NCBI GenBank assembly: GCA_976551045.1 | Contig: CDPCPM010000011.1 | Location: 5,580,001-5,644,000 of the forward strand | DNA: 64,000 bases | Origin: Glaucostegus cemiculus | Taxonomy: Eukaryota | Reading direction: 5' to 3' | Shown here: in pieces, positions 24,579-38,045 of the stretch | Numbering within the stretch: the stretch's first letter is position 1 | Layout of the letters: the number at the start of each line of letters is the position of its first letter | Program-made: the position numbers and the translations under genes | Notes under the pieces: model-generated | Database searches by the model: none | Told to the model about the DNA's origin: nothing | Seen by the model: only the letters and a program-made list of their open reading frames with translations

Positions 24579-27154
24579 ATGAAATAAATTGCTAAAAAAT
24601 ATTAACTGCGACAGAACCCCCAGCAGCTGTAGTGGTCAACATGAAGAAGTTTCAGGCTTTTGGAGTGGTCCATTCCTGTTAGAATAAATGAATTATCCTC
24701 CTCAATAAACACTTTAATATGGTAACCATATTCTGCTAATATTTCTATCTTGTGTTTGAGATTATTAGCATTTTAAAACCCTTACTAGCTATTGCCAGCA
24801 GCCAAGTGTAGTGGATTCAGGAATCTCATAGTCAGTTAAAGTGCTCTGTATTTATTTTTATTGCATGATCGAAACTTGACCCTGGTTTTACGAGACATTC
24901 TATCTTTAAATGTTTTATTGAAGATCCAGTGTTTACGTCTATCATGCCCTGGAGGCTTTACTCTGTCAAGTTCTGCCAATGCAGCTTGGTTTTTCAATCC
25001 CAAACAATGTGGCAAAAGGTCAAAAGATTGTAAAGTTTAAGATGAGAAGAGTGCAGAGGTCAGCTGTTAAGTAATTCATTGTGTAAACTCTGTAAAGGAG
25101 CATTCATTAGCATCCATTCTCCATAAAGCCGGGACAAGGCTTGGCAGTAGGTACCTGATGACCACTCTACTGCTCAGTGTGCTAAAGATCTTACACAAAG
25201 TGAGGTTGGAACCCACAGCATATTTATGGGAGTGTCCAAATTAAATTTATGAAGTATGAGTTTAAGAACAGAAACAAGAATATCACATATTAATATGTTG
25301 CTATTTATCTCAATACAGAGAATAATGCTCTAATATCCAGTGTTAAACATTTATAAGTCACAACTGTCATTGGTACAAATGATGTTTGGTGACTTGTTAG
25401 TTTAATATAAAGATCATCAACATAGGAAATTTCTATCTATCTTACATTGACTCCTTGAGTATTTTTGAGGATGTATTATTGTTGGTTGAGTAACTGCAGC
25501 TGGGCATTTCTGCTGTACTTGATTATCATGTTCTAAATCCAGGGAATGATCAGTAACACCCAAGAATAAACTATAATAAATGAAACCTATGATTATTGTA
25601 TTCTTTCTCCTCTCTTCACTGAGATAATTGTATATCACTGAAAATGGGTTAAGATCACAATCAAGTCTTTGTACATAGACAAAGTGATGGTTCAAAGGAA
25701 AATTATAAGATCAATAGCATTTAACTATAACATGACTGCCAGTATGCTGTGATGGTTTACAAACTGATAAGTTTGGTTGAGCATAAAAACAGTAGTTTCT
25801 TTACATCTGTGGAGTGCCTCTAAAGTTCCATTAAATAATCCAACAAAGGACAAATCTCCTGTGCCCCATTTTAACCAAAGCTTGGAGTTCTAGCCTAGAT
25901 ATCTTCAAGGAACATCAATCTGCACAAAAGGGAGGTGGAATCCTACTTAATAAAGGAGAATTATAAATTGTTTCTTTCCTGTTTTTGCTGGTCATTTCTC
26001 TGAGATGGACATTTCTCTGGTAAGGTAACATATTTACACCAAATGCTCAGATCCTATCACTGTCCTCACTCTGTGGCATTGTCACATTTATTTGTTGTTA
26101 TAAGTAGAACAATTATTAGCAAATCCTTTGATTGTTAACACTGTCTGTGATTTTTACAAATATACCTTTCTCATTAGCTACACTTAGCACTTCTCATAAA
26201 TGAACAAGAAATTGATTGAGTATTAAAAGCTTAGCCCTCCTGAAATAATACATACTGGACAAAGGCTGTGACACTTAATAATTGTGCAATGGAGTAAACC
26301 TGAATATTCTTCTGTAAAACCACAGAGGTGAGGCAGGGAGTATAATAACAGATGGAGCAATTCCCTTCCATTTACAATGTGTGAGGAATCTAGATACAAA
26401 GAGTTAATGAGTCTAACCTTCGAAAGGAAAATACATCCATTTTATAAATAACCCTCCAAAGAAATAAAAAAATATTTACCACCAACTGCATTTAGAGAAA
26501 ATGAAAGCTATATGTGCTGAGATACAATATTTTCCTGTAGTTGATATACTTGGATAATGTTACAAAATGAGACAACTAAGCCAAGTTAAATTATAGCCTT
26601 TAACTTACATTCTTCTGTAATTTAGCAGTACACAGAAAAGCTAGCTCCAAGGCTAAGGCATTTTAAAGGACCTAACATTAGCTATTAATTGTATCAAAAC
26701 CATGCATCAATACATGGACTGTAACACAGGAGTATTTACTGGTGATTTTGCAGGTTATAAACCATGGCCACAAATTATAGATATCAAAACAGATAACATT
26801 ATGTTGGCACCGCTACACATAATTCTATGTAACCTCAATAATCTAAGCTATCTGCATATTCATAGGACTAGGAGTTTCAGTGGGAATGAAGCCAAAAGCT
26901 TTCTTAAGTGAATGAATTAATTGACAATCATTATGCCTGGAGATTCACCTTCTAACAGCTCAGCACTAGTGAGGAATTGTGTTGTTTTGCTGTTCTGGAG
27001 TTTTAGAGACACTGCTGGATCACATAATGCTTCAAACACACACAAAAAAGTTTGAAACAGCAAACCTTTGAGAAACTAACCCCTTGAGTGCTTAAAACAA
27101 ATCCAGGGAGAGGAACATGAATGCAAACAAGTATGTTTTTGCCAAACACAAAAA

Positions 27155-27296
27155 TGAAGCACTTTGGATGCTGGAAATCTGTAATAAAAACAAAGTGCTG
27201 CAAATATTCAGGAAGTCAAGCAGCATCTGACATTGATCTGAAACATTAACAGATCTGCTGCCTAACCTGCTGAGTACTTGTTTCTGTCTTTATTTA
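27155..27296. mobile_element. Penelope-like element inverted terminal fragment (palindromic, internally deleted)
   Basis: The left arm GATGCTGGAAATCTGTAATAAAAAC...CAGGAAGTCAAGCAGCATCT mirrors the right arm TGCTGCCTAACCTGCTGAGTA...TTTATTT. Confidence 0.7.
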
Positions 27297-27599
27297 AGAA
27301 CTTTCTCCTTGCCTGAAGAAACTTCACTTATTTACACTAACTTTGGGCTATTTTGTTCGTTCTATTTGCCAGGTAACAAATATTGCAAGGAAGCGAGAAA
27401 GCATTTGTAAAATATTTGCAATAATATTTTCTAATAAGGTTGTAAGGTAGAATTTAAGATCATTCCATGGTATATTTTGAAAATAAATTTTAATTTAAAT
27501 GTAATTTTGCTGTTTAAAATATATTCATGATTTATTTAACGAAGTTATAGCCTATAGCAACAGTCAAGTGTATCGTTGGATATTGTCACAAGATAACAA

Positions 27600-28230
27600 T
27601 TATAGGGAACAAAGGTCATTCAGCCCATACCAGTTCATCTGTTTAATGAAAGCATCCCTATTATAACACTGAACAAGTTTTGAACTAATTACAGGTTTAT
27701 TTATGGACTTTTCTACCTGGAAATTTATCCCACAGATTGATCATTATTTTGAAAGAAGCATTTCCTAACAGATTTTATTAATTTACTTTAAGCAATAGAA
27801 ATTCATTTTCAATTATTTACACTGAATCCACAAATAAATAATAGAAGCCCCCATTATAGTCCCTTTCAATTCCACTGGTGCAAGTTTTACCTATGTCTCT
27901 TCGTTCAACTCCAATGCTTTAATTCATAGAAAAATTCTGACTAACAGTCTTCCACATTTCCATGTTTCATTTCTTAGGCATCTCCTTCACAACCAAAATT
28001 TGCCCATATCTATCAAGCCTTACCTCTTAAATCAAGACTCTCAACACTGAAGATTCATTAACCTCATGAATCTTCTCAGCACTGTTCTTAGAAATTTCTG
28101 ATTTTTTTTTGGCTTTGATGATGTGAACTAGATGCATTGTACAAGGTGTGACTTGACTGTGCAATTTGATCATTACCTCCTCTGAATTACATTCATTGTT
28201 TTCGCAAAGTTGTTCAACATCCCATTAACT
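27600..28230 (-). mobile_element. Highly decayed CR1 3' fragment
   Basis: AGGTCATTCAGCCCAT is a reversed tail. CTCATGAATCTTCTCAGCACTG...GAACTAGATGCATTGTACAAGGTGTGACTTGAC resembles the reverse of the VRPHLEYC.QF / VQRRFTR coding region. Confidence 0.5.
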
Positions 28231-28507
28231 TGGCAATTTGCTACTTCGCATTGGTTGGATGAACATGTTTGAGACTTGACAAGCGATTAGTAAAATGCTT
28301 GGGAGGAAATGGGTGGCTTCATATCCTTAGTTTCCAAAAACTCTGCAATAGTTAAGATTTTCTCCTGATATTTTTGGGTCTGTTCTGCATTAACCAATAG
28401 AACTTAACTGCTACCATCAGTCATTACCATATGAATATTAGCATGGTGTTTAGTCTTGGATATTCCTTCATTTAAGTAGTTACCAAAGTTAATGTCATAT
28501 CTCAAGT

Positions 28508-28800
28508 GTCATAGAGTTATAGATTCATACACCATTAAAACAGACTCTTGGGCTCACTATATCCATGTGTGCAGCATTTCATCCATGACAATTCAAGTGC
28601 TCATATAAATGTTTCATAGAATTCTGTGAGAGTATTTGCATCCACCATCCATACAGGTTGTGCCATTCCAAACTCTAACCACCCACTGGGTGAACATGGA
28701 CCTCCTTAGTTCCCCTCTAACCCTCTTAATCCTCACCCTAAACCTGTGCCCTCTCGTCTTAAGATACCTTTGCGACAGGCAAAAGTCTCTTACTATCTAA
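28508..28800 (-). mobile_element. CR1 LINE 3' fragment
   Basis: Starts with the tail CATAGAGTTATAGATTCATAC, then CATTCCAAACTCTAACCACCCACTGGGTGAA (reverse of FTQWVVRVWN) and AAACCTGTGCCCTCT (reverse of RGHRF). Confidence 0.85.
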
Positions 28801-30169
28801 CTTGCACATACTTCCTAGGTTCTTTTCAACTTCATCTTTAGCTAGTTCAACATTTCTGGTGAATGCATGCTGCCTCGGTTGAATGAGAGAAAATCCATCT
28901 TGCTAGAGACAGAATTGTTCAAATTACCAGAGATGAGTGAAAATGAATTGTCCTTCTGCAGTACAGTATAAAACAATCACCACCTCACTCAAATGCGCTC
29001 AACATTCATAGCTTGTAGCAGTACAGGACTGTGTGCAAATCTTTGAACATAAACTAAAATCTGATCAGGCAGCTGTTTGATTATTCGATCATGCAAACAT
29101 TTGTTAGACACTAATAGAAACTGAGTGACTGGTCAAATTGCCCTTATGCTTGTAATCCCAATTCCATTAAATCTGTTATCTGTGGTGCATCAACCCAAAA
29201 AGATTTAAAGACTGAAACCTGGAGATGTAATTCTGTAAATGTTAGCTGATCACGCTGTTCTTATCTAGATATTTGCTAAGGCAGCTTTATTTGTTAAAAG
29301 GCACAGATATGTATATCTGTGATGTGTACACATCACTATGCACAGGAAATATATGATTAAATTACAAATTAAATGGCTTGTTTGATGAAGTAGTCAGACG
29401 CATATAAAATTTCTCAGTTTACAGCTTTAAGGAAATAACAAATCCAATTACATCTCACTCTTTTTCACTTTTAAGTTTGGGACTGCAATAGAAAAACATT
29501 TGTCTTCAATGGGCTAAAGGGGAATTTCAAACACAATGTAAAATTTACATAAGGTTACAATTTCCTAATCCTTAAGAATTATTTCTCTGAATTATGTTAA
29601 TCGCATAGTAACACCTTAATAAAGTACACAAATACCAAGTAATTAACAAATGAATTTAAGACAGAATTTCAATAATGATGAATTAGTTGTACATGAGCTC
29701 CCATTGTCTGTTGCTAATTAGTTCAGCACAGGTGGAATCAGATACACTTCCTTTCAAATTTGCAAGCAATAATCTTAACCCCACTTTCTTCTCGGCTTTA
29801 GTAAAGTGTGTCTCTCATTTATCATCTTCACTTCCTTTGACACTCTTAAGTAATGTTTTAGCCCCACAGTAATTTGTTATTTTAGATTGGCCCCAAGAAC
29901 CTTTCTATCAGGCTGAAGTTAACTTGCTCCTTGTGCAAATCCTTCATGCTGATTTCACTTCTTGGATGAGACCACCCAGTAGAGAACAATTCACAGTTCT
30001 TCACTATGTTCTTAAGTTACGTTAAGTTAAATTGAGCATACTCAATTGGTTTAAATTCCAAAATGAGTATTATGCCTTGTTTTATGTTGGTGAATTTGAA
30101 GCAACTAATAATAAATGACCCAGACAAAACACAAAATCAGAAAAGCATGTGATTATTGTTTTGTATCCT

Positions 30170-32300
30170 TGGGAAAGGCTAACTGCAGAATGATCGATTT
30201 GAATTCAGTTTGAGATTTGAAAATATAAGGAATCAAAAGCCAGGTGAACAGTATTACCAATGCTCTATTTGAGGAAAAGAAGGAAAGGCTTAAACAATTT
30301 GACTGGGAGCACCTTGTGCAATGGACTTCAGCAAAAGTCAATGAAAGCAAACTTAAAGGGCATATAATGTTCAGCGCACAGAATAAATATACACCCAGTC
30401 TAAGACAATGCAGCTTAACAAATTGTGACTTAAAATGGCTAAACAATTAATCAGCAGTGAAATGAGGAAGAGACACACAGTAATTTGTACAGATCTTGCA
30501 ATGAGAAAGATGCAGATACACAGTGGATGAATAATGAACATGAGTGGTCAGAAGGTCAAAAAGCATAGTGGCAGTCAAATTTTTTTCAAAGGTATAAACC
30601 CAATGGGCTTTTAAAATCATGGAAACATGTTAAAATATTGAAGAAGTCCTGTGTGAGAATGGACATAACATAGCCTTAAACTAAACAATTACTTTTTTTC
30701 AAGTAATCCTCAGAATCAGTAATTCCTTGAAAGTTTAAGGAGATTCAGCACGTCATCAAAGACTCTGACAAACTCCCTCAGATGTAAGATGGAAAGCATT
30801 CTGACTGGTTACATCACAGCCTGGGATGGAAGCCCCTATGCATTGGAACACAAGAGGCTACAGAGAGTGGTGGACTCAGCCAGTTCTATCACGGGTACAG
30901 CTCTCTCCATCATTGGGGACATTTACAAGAGGAGACATCTCAGGCAGGCAACATCCATCATCAACGGCCGTGCCCTCTTCTCGATGCTGCCATCTGGCAG
31001 GATATGCAGGAGCCTGAAGATCTACACCTTAAGGTTCAACAACAGCTTCTTCCTCACTGCCATTAGGTTCCTGAATTGACCTGAAAAACCCCTACACTAC
31101 CTCAGACTCTTTTTTACCTCTGCCTCAACTTGCACGAATATTGTTATGCTTATTTTAATTTATTTTGTCATGTAACTTATGCACAATTTATGTTAATCTA
31201 AACGTATGTGAACTTATGTTTGTAATGCACTGTGCTGTTGCTGCAAAAAGCTAACATTCATGGCATTATGCCCTGGGTTTATATGCCTATGACAATGACA
31301 ATAAACTTAAACATGAACAAAAGTCTGAGCAAAAATCCAAGACAGGTTAATTGGGTTCAAAGTGAAATATGTTGGCTGAAATATGGTATTTATCCTGCAG
31401 TAAAGAAACAGAAAAGGATATGGTTGCTAATATGTTGATGATCCATCAGAGGATAAAAACAATGAGGTTATAGAAGATTAAAAACATGCAAGTATTTTTC
31501 ATTTTTCAATATAGATGACAACTGCAAATATATTAAACTTAAATCAAACCATGAAAAGTAATGGAATCAATTAGCACGAGTAAATACAGGGATTATCGGC
31601 TTGATTATAAACTAATAAACTGCAGCCAATTTGGTTTTTAGAAAGGCAACATCCTGCCTGAACATCTCTTCTGCCATTAATGAGGATCTGGCTTGCAAGT
31701 GGACTGAGGAAAACCATACAGCATGGTGGGTTTTGAATTTCACACCATATTTGTTGCAGGAACAGCTACTTGTTTGAGTTGGGCTTTTTCGTCATCCATT
31801 GCCAGATGGGGTGTTTCAGAGATCATTGCTTGGACATTTTGGTTTTAAGTTAGATTTAGAAATTCAAAGCAAACATGTTGAATTTTACACGCAATAATAA
31901 ATGAACAAGGGCTGATGGATATAAGGAAGCAGACTGAAAACAAGTTTGATTCAATATATAAATGAACATATCACTATCATACGAAAGTTAATATGAACAG
32001 GTGCACAGGAGAATGAAGTTTCCATGAATGATGCAACATAGGTAAGAGTGAAGTTACGAAAGATTTGGTAGACTCAACCTCATTCAATCATGCTGACAGG
32101 CAATTAACAAAGAAAAAGAATCGGAAATTAAGAGTGGTCTCAGGAAACTCTTCCTTGCTAAAAAGAGTAATAGTGGAAAAGATGTTGTAAGAGCCAGATT
32201 AATTCATCGGGTGGGTTGGGAGCTGTAAAGTCTGTCTAGATGGATGACCTCAGATGGGTTGAATGGCCTTCCTCATCTGTATCTATCTTGTTATCTCTGT
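30170..32300 (+). mobile_element. Old, heavily deleted CR1 ORF2 relic split by a Rex1 insertion
   Basis: ERLKQFDWEHL at about 30285 lies in the post-endonuclease region. KLINCSQFGF followed by an SCL-like segment and a LDF-like segment lies at about 31610-31750. The tail GATGGGTTGAATGGCCTTCCTC is at about 32255. Confidence 0.6.
30725..31318 (+). mobile_element. Rex1/Babar LINE 3' fragment
   Basis: ORF 30789-31079 reads ESILTGYITAW...KRLQRVVDSASSITGTAL...LPSGR..RSLK...RFNNSFF..AIRFLN*. The 3' UTR ends AATAAACTTAAACATGAAC. Confidence 0.93.
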
Positions 32301-33989
32301 GTCCTTAATCAGTTGTGATAGAGCTAATTATTCAGATGTCTTCTAGACAGGACATGTAACTCATCTCTGTATCTTCTAGAGTTAGTGTGGCAATTACTGT
32401 TGACATTTCAACTTATCTATACTGTATTTAGTTTAGTTGATACTAAATAAGTTATTTAAGTAGTTTGCAATTAATAATTCCCTCAAGTACATTCTTCCCA
32501 ACTATGTAAGGTTTTCTAAAAATTCATTCTGTTAAGGTGGCACAAAATTTTTCAATAAATGATTCTGTTCTTTATCTGTTTTTAGAATCCATTGTTACAA
32601 CTTTATTATTTTCATTTGTATCACCATGTTCTCACATATTATATATTTTTTTAAAAATCAAAGAGCTTTTATCTATTTTTTGTTAAATGTAGTAAATAAT
32701 CAACATTCCGCAGATAAGATTATAACCAGACAATATTTTTTTGGCAATACCTTCATAAATAAATTGAGCACTCTTATGTGCTTTATCTTGCTTTTGTTCC
32801 CAATCAAAATATCCTTGGGAAAAGTGCAGCTTAGCAACAGGTTCATCCTGATGGTTATGTTTCAGTAACTCAGGCTGTGAGGATATATATTTATCAAAAG
32901 CAAGAATAATGCAGTGAATGTTTCTAAATGAGGCATCTCTCCCGCTTTCAGGAAGTACATTACAGACTGTAGGTCAGACTTTTGTCTAATATTTGGAGGT
33001 TGTTATTCAGACCATACCTGATCTTTGGAATCTTTGGAATCTTTAACATCTTTGGCCAAAATGAACTTACCTTCCTCTGGCAATTCAGAAGAAAACTGCT
33101 GGTGAGGTCCTCCTTGTAGATCAGCCCATTTCTGGCTTCCACGCCCGTGCACAGCAGTGCAGAAGTCAGAAACGGACTGGAGGTCAGAACCTGTATCTCT
33201 GGCCTCCAGCTACCTGCTGGACCCAGCACACTCTGCAGGCAGAGCCTAGTTCTGCTTAGTCGAGAAGCAGGATGCATTTCATTTGAATGGGCTTGCTGAA
33301 CTGGATGGAAAAGGTAAGTGAAGGTAAGTGACTATTTTTTTACCACTTTAATGAATTTATATCAATTGAATGTTTTAAAATAAATTTATTCTTGACATTT
33401 TTAATAACTTTTAATTACTTAAATTTATTTCAACTGTTGTTAAATTTCTCTCATTATCAAAGCCATTGAGATGAAAGATGAGTCAGAAGACAGACACTCA
33501 GGATGCACTGCCCACAAATCAAAGAAAAACAGATGTAAGGAATCTCAAACAAAAACGGATTGCTGTCTTTATTCCATCACTTAAGGCCTAGTTGCTGCTG
33601 TTTCACCTTCTGGGATGGTTGCACTGGCAAGGTCTCCAGCTTAATTGGACCTGTGAGGCTATTAGAGATTTGTGAGGCCACAGGGATCAGGGATCACATG
33701 AATGGACTGGTCTAGGGCACAGATATAAAGCATGGGGCAGATACAGCACAATCCAGCCCATTCTTATTCAATGAGTCATATCAGCATAGATATGCAACAG
33801 AGTCAAAAGTGCTGAACTCTAGACTTGTTCAGCACTTACAGACGAACTGGACCTTCTGGATGTTATGCTTCACCTTCGTCTCCTGGGAGGATCAGAAATA
33901 TTGACCAACACAGAGAAACAAATCATTGCAGCCTTTTACATTTCTCCACATAAACATTATTTATTACAGTTATTCCACTTGGTCAATAT

Positions 33990-34560
33990 TATCCTCCTTC
34001 ATAATGCAGAAGTATCCATGTCAAGTTTAAGGAACTGCACTTAAATCTCTGTTGGATCCCACTTTTTTTTTGCTTTTTCTCCCCATTGCCAGAGTACTGT
34101 TGCTTCTTCCAAATGTCTCTCTTTTTTGTAATATTTGTAAGACAGCCTTCTTCAGCAGGCCTTTTTCCAACAGACTAGCTTCTTCACTTCTAGCACTCTT
34201 CTTTCCCACGACTGTTGTTTTATTTTTAATAATCTGACCTGCTCTCTTTCAACTCCTTTAAGCCACCCACCCTGTAATGTATATTTTCACACCATGGAAC
34301 AAGCAGAGGACTTCCTGGTACCTACTGTTGTACTCTTAATCTACTGCCAGCATTCCCTAAAGTGATTTCTATGTATCTCAGCTTCTACTGTTCCCTTCCC
34401 CCTCATGGGGAGACATGTATTTTTTGTACAGCTCCTTCATTGCTACCAGGCAAAAAAGATCAGGAAATTGATATGTGGGGGCAGTACAAGTGTCCCACTT
34501 CTTAGGAAAGCATCTGGAAGTCAAACACACTATACCATTTTCTTGAGAATGTCTTCTGCT
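33990..34560 (-). mobile_element. Possible very old CR1 ORF2 relic
   Basis: The minus strand is purine-rich and has a VFDFQ segment near 34530 resembling CR1 RT YLDFQKAFDKV. Weak evidence. Confidence 0.3.
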
Positions 34561-35142
34561 TCATTATTTATGTTGCATGTCCTAATCTCATCCCATTTTC
34601 AGAGGTCAAAATTGGCCTCACTGTTCTGCCCAGCTCATTTAATCCTGATACGAGATCTAGTATTACAAGACCATTGTAATCTGTTCATAATGCAGGCAAA
34701 TAACCACTTCCTTTCTTTTTCATTAGATTAAACAAGACCCATTAGCTGTTTCCCGCAGCATCTCATTGATGCTGAATGGGAAATTTCTCGGTTAGCTAAC
34801 AGCTAAAGAAGTTTAGCCCTGAATAATATATTGAACTGTGGCATTCTTCTAAAATTGGATGATATCTAGTCTCACGAAATTTGCAAGGATGATGAAATCA
34901 TTTTAAAATACCGTAAGGAAGATAAAAGGCCAAGAAGTGCCATGAACGCAGAATTTTACCTTCTGATATTGATCACGTTTATTGAAAAATATGCACAATG
35001 CTTAATTTGCTGCATTTTATAAATATGTAAACCGAAGAGTAAAAGGATGGACTATTTCATATATCAAATAATATTCTAGGATCTATTTAAAATAAAATAG
35101 AAGGAACAGCCAGATGCACCACAGGTGCTGGACTTACTAAGG

Positions 35143-35286
35143 ACATGAGAAATAGAATCTGGAGGAGGCTATTCAACTCCCCACACCTACTCTATCACTC
35201 ACTGTGATCATGGATAATCATTTACCTTCCTGTACTGGCCTCATGTCCCTTAATTCTCTTAACATCTAAACATCCACTGATCTCTC
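35143..35286 (-). mobile_element. CR1 3' tail
   Basis: CATGAGAAATAGAATCTGGAGGAGGCTATTCAACTCC...GATCATGGATAATC...TGTCCCTTAATTC is a reversed CR1 end. Confidence 0.75.
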
Positions 35287-35700
35287 AGCTCGCTTCACTA
35301 AGTATTCCGTGAGATATAAACCCTGACAACATTAAATAGGTTGTTGGGCTAGCTTGCATATTCTGTGGTTCATACAAACATGCAGGATTTACTCCAGATT
35401 ATTCCCCATTCTCCTACGAATTCTACGGTACTCCTGCCCTCCATTCTCCCTCCATCAAAAGCACCCTCACTTACGGGAATCTACCTGGCTATTGTTTGGC
35501 TATACTCTCCTATTTGTAGCCTGAAGGACATCATGGTCACTAAGTCAGTGGCATGTGCTTATATTGCTTTTGGCTGCTTCTTAGATTGGCAATCCCAATG
35601 GATGGATGACACACAATGAGGGAGAACTTGAACAAAATCCACTTTATGAAATGAAATAAGACATGGATACTGGACCCCTTGTGCTCTTCCCAACTTCCAT

Positions 35701-36180
35701 CTAGAACATAGATACCTACTGCACAATTCAGGCCCCACACTATTAGGCTTACGCATAACCTTCTACCTTATTTACCTCCATGTACCTATCCAACAGTCTC
35801 TTGAAAGACCCCAATGTATCCGCCTCCACCACCATCTCCGGCAGCCCATTCCACGCACTCACCACTCTCTGAGTAAAAAACCTACCCCTAACATCTCCCC
35901 TATATCTTCCCCCCAGCACCTTAAACCTATGTCCTCTTGTGGCCACCATTTCAGCCCTAGGGAAAAGCCTCCGACAATCTACCCCATCCATACCTCTCAT
36001 CATCTTATACTCCTCAATCAGGTCCCCCCTCATCCTCCTCCTCTCCAAGGAGAAAAGGCCGAGTTCCCGCAGCCTGCTCTCATAAGGCATGCTCCTCATT
36101 CCAGGCAGCATCCTCGTAAACCTCCTCTGTACCCTCTCTATAGCTTCCACATCCTTCCTGTAGTGAGGCAACCAGAACTG
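35701..36180 (-). mobile_element. Young 5'-truncated CR1 LINE
   Basis: The frame is uninterrupted: PHYRKDVEAIERVQRRFTRMLPG...RGDLIE.YK...RGHRFKV...FFTQRVVSAWNGLP...FKRLLDRYM..GYA*. A shortened tail ends CTATGTTCTAG. Confidence 0.97.
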
Positions 36181-36584
36181 TTCATTAAATCATAGCAGTC
36201 CTGTTGGATCTGAACTTCACATAAGGCTGTTTATTTTACCTTGACATCTGGTGAAACATCTAATTGAAGGATGTCTCATGTTCTCAGCTAATTAGCTTCT
36301 GGGTGTCCTGGACACTTTAATCAAATGAGTTCTGGTGTTTTTGGGTGAAGAAGCCAATAGTCTCCTCACATGTTCTCATTATGGGGTGGCCTAGAGGGCA
36401 GTCTAGATGCTGTGGGCACTCTGTGGTTACTATTGGTTGGGAGTTGTCAGGGATATTTGTGAGGTGCTGTCTGAGAAGAGTGGACTTTGTGGGGTCTGTG
36501 AGACCTCCAACGTTGATTTTGAGAAATAAAAGGAGAAACATCATCCACTATACATGGGCTTTTCTGAGTCTATCAGCTGGGAAG

Positions 36585-37335
36585 AGCTGTGGAACTGTGA
36601 ACCAATTTAGTTGTCTGCAGAAATTTATCTCAATCTCTATCATTTTCATGATGCCATACAAGCTGTAATTTCAACTAACAGGTCCAGAACAGACCTGAGC
36701 TCATTACAGATTTGTGTCAGCCAAGGCTACCTCACTGCCCCAACATTCTCCTCAATTCCCAAAGAATGGGCTTCACACTTACCATCAGCAAAACACTTCT
36801 ATCAATCTGCCACAACTGTACAATACCATGCTCCAACAATAAAGGTCTACGATGAGACCATGGAACATGGGGACCAATTCCATCTCATGAGCCACTTCTC
36901 AACTAAGGGAGGCATTGTTGATAAAATCCACAAAGGCTTTAGTGTACCTGCATAGCCTTTGGCTGCTTGAGGAAAAGTGTCTGGAGATCAAGATCTCAAA
37001 TCTATCACAGAGCTCGTTGTCTTCTAGGCAGCAGTGATCTCTATCTTCCCGTATGCTTCAATGATTTGGACTACCTACAGCAGATACCTGTAGTGTCTCC
37101 TCTCCAAGGTAATATTCCTGGCATTAAGGCCCTCATTACATTCAGTCAGTTCTGTTGGGCAGGCTACATCATTCACATGCCAGACACCAGACTCCTGTAA
37201 CATAGACTCTATTCCAAACTCTGTTACACCAAGATTACCGGGTAGACAAAGGAAAAAAAACCTCAAGGATGTTTCAAAACCTGCTTGAATAAAAGTAACA
37301 TCCCCACTAAATCCTGGGAATCCTTCTGTGGTATA
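36585..37335 (+). mobile_element. RTE-clade LINE RT and C-terminal relic with internal deletions
   Basis: Fragments read HDAIQAVISTN, SQGYLTAPT, PTIKVYDETMEHGDQF, IPGIKALITFSQFCWAGYIIHMPDTRL and GRQRKK. Confidence 0.88.
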
Positions 37336-37799
37336 GCTAAGCAGCCACTGCATTATCAGTAAAACAGTGCAAGGGAGGGGTATGTGCAGCTGTAAGATTG
37401 TAAGTAAATAAAGACACAAATTTAATTCAAGTTGATAAGTGAAAAGTGAAAGGCTTAATAAAGCTGCCTCGGTCCTTATGCACACTGCAGTATTGTGTAA
37501 AAATTAATTATGGAAATTATTGCTTTCACTGATCATTACTGCAAAGGCAGAGACAGATAATGTGTTTACTTAAGTTATTTACTTGAAAGCATTCTCCCCC
37601 TCAGATATCATAATGGCATAATCTTGAAGAAAGGACAGATTTTAACTCTTCAGCAATAAATAATATTCACAATAATATAAATTGTCATTGCAGTTTTCTG
37701 TTATGTAACCACTTACTCATAATGTGTGGAATTGGAACTGTAACTATAACAGTAAACTGAATTACAACTGTAAAAAATTCATGGTCTTAATACGTTCTG

Positions 37800-38045
37800 C
37801 CAGTGGCCAGTTGGCGCATGCTTTCTGTGATCTAATACTGTGTTACACATCATGAAAAGCTCCAGCTATGGACTCTGTGCTGATTTAGCCACCCTCAGGA
37901 GGGTTAATGATGGGAAATAGACTCACTCTCTACAAACCACAGGAAGTGAGTCCCTTTGCTGATTGTTATCTACTGATCTTCTGCCCACTGCATTCTCAGA
38001 AACATTAGACATGGCCACAGAAGGACTGAACTCTGACACTCTTAC
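37800..38045 (+). repeat. Ancient SINE-like repeat
   Basis: CTCTGTGCTGATTTAGCC...GCTGATTGTTATCTACTGATC...CAGAAGGACTGAACTC resembles a common chondrichthyan interspersed repeat. The family is unassigned. Confidence 0.4.

Noticed and set aside
35749-36171. 140-aa ORF as a host gene
   Set aside because: It is the C-terminus of CR1 ORF2 in a 5'-truncated copy.
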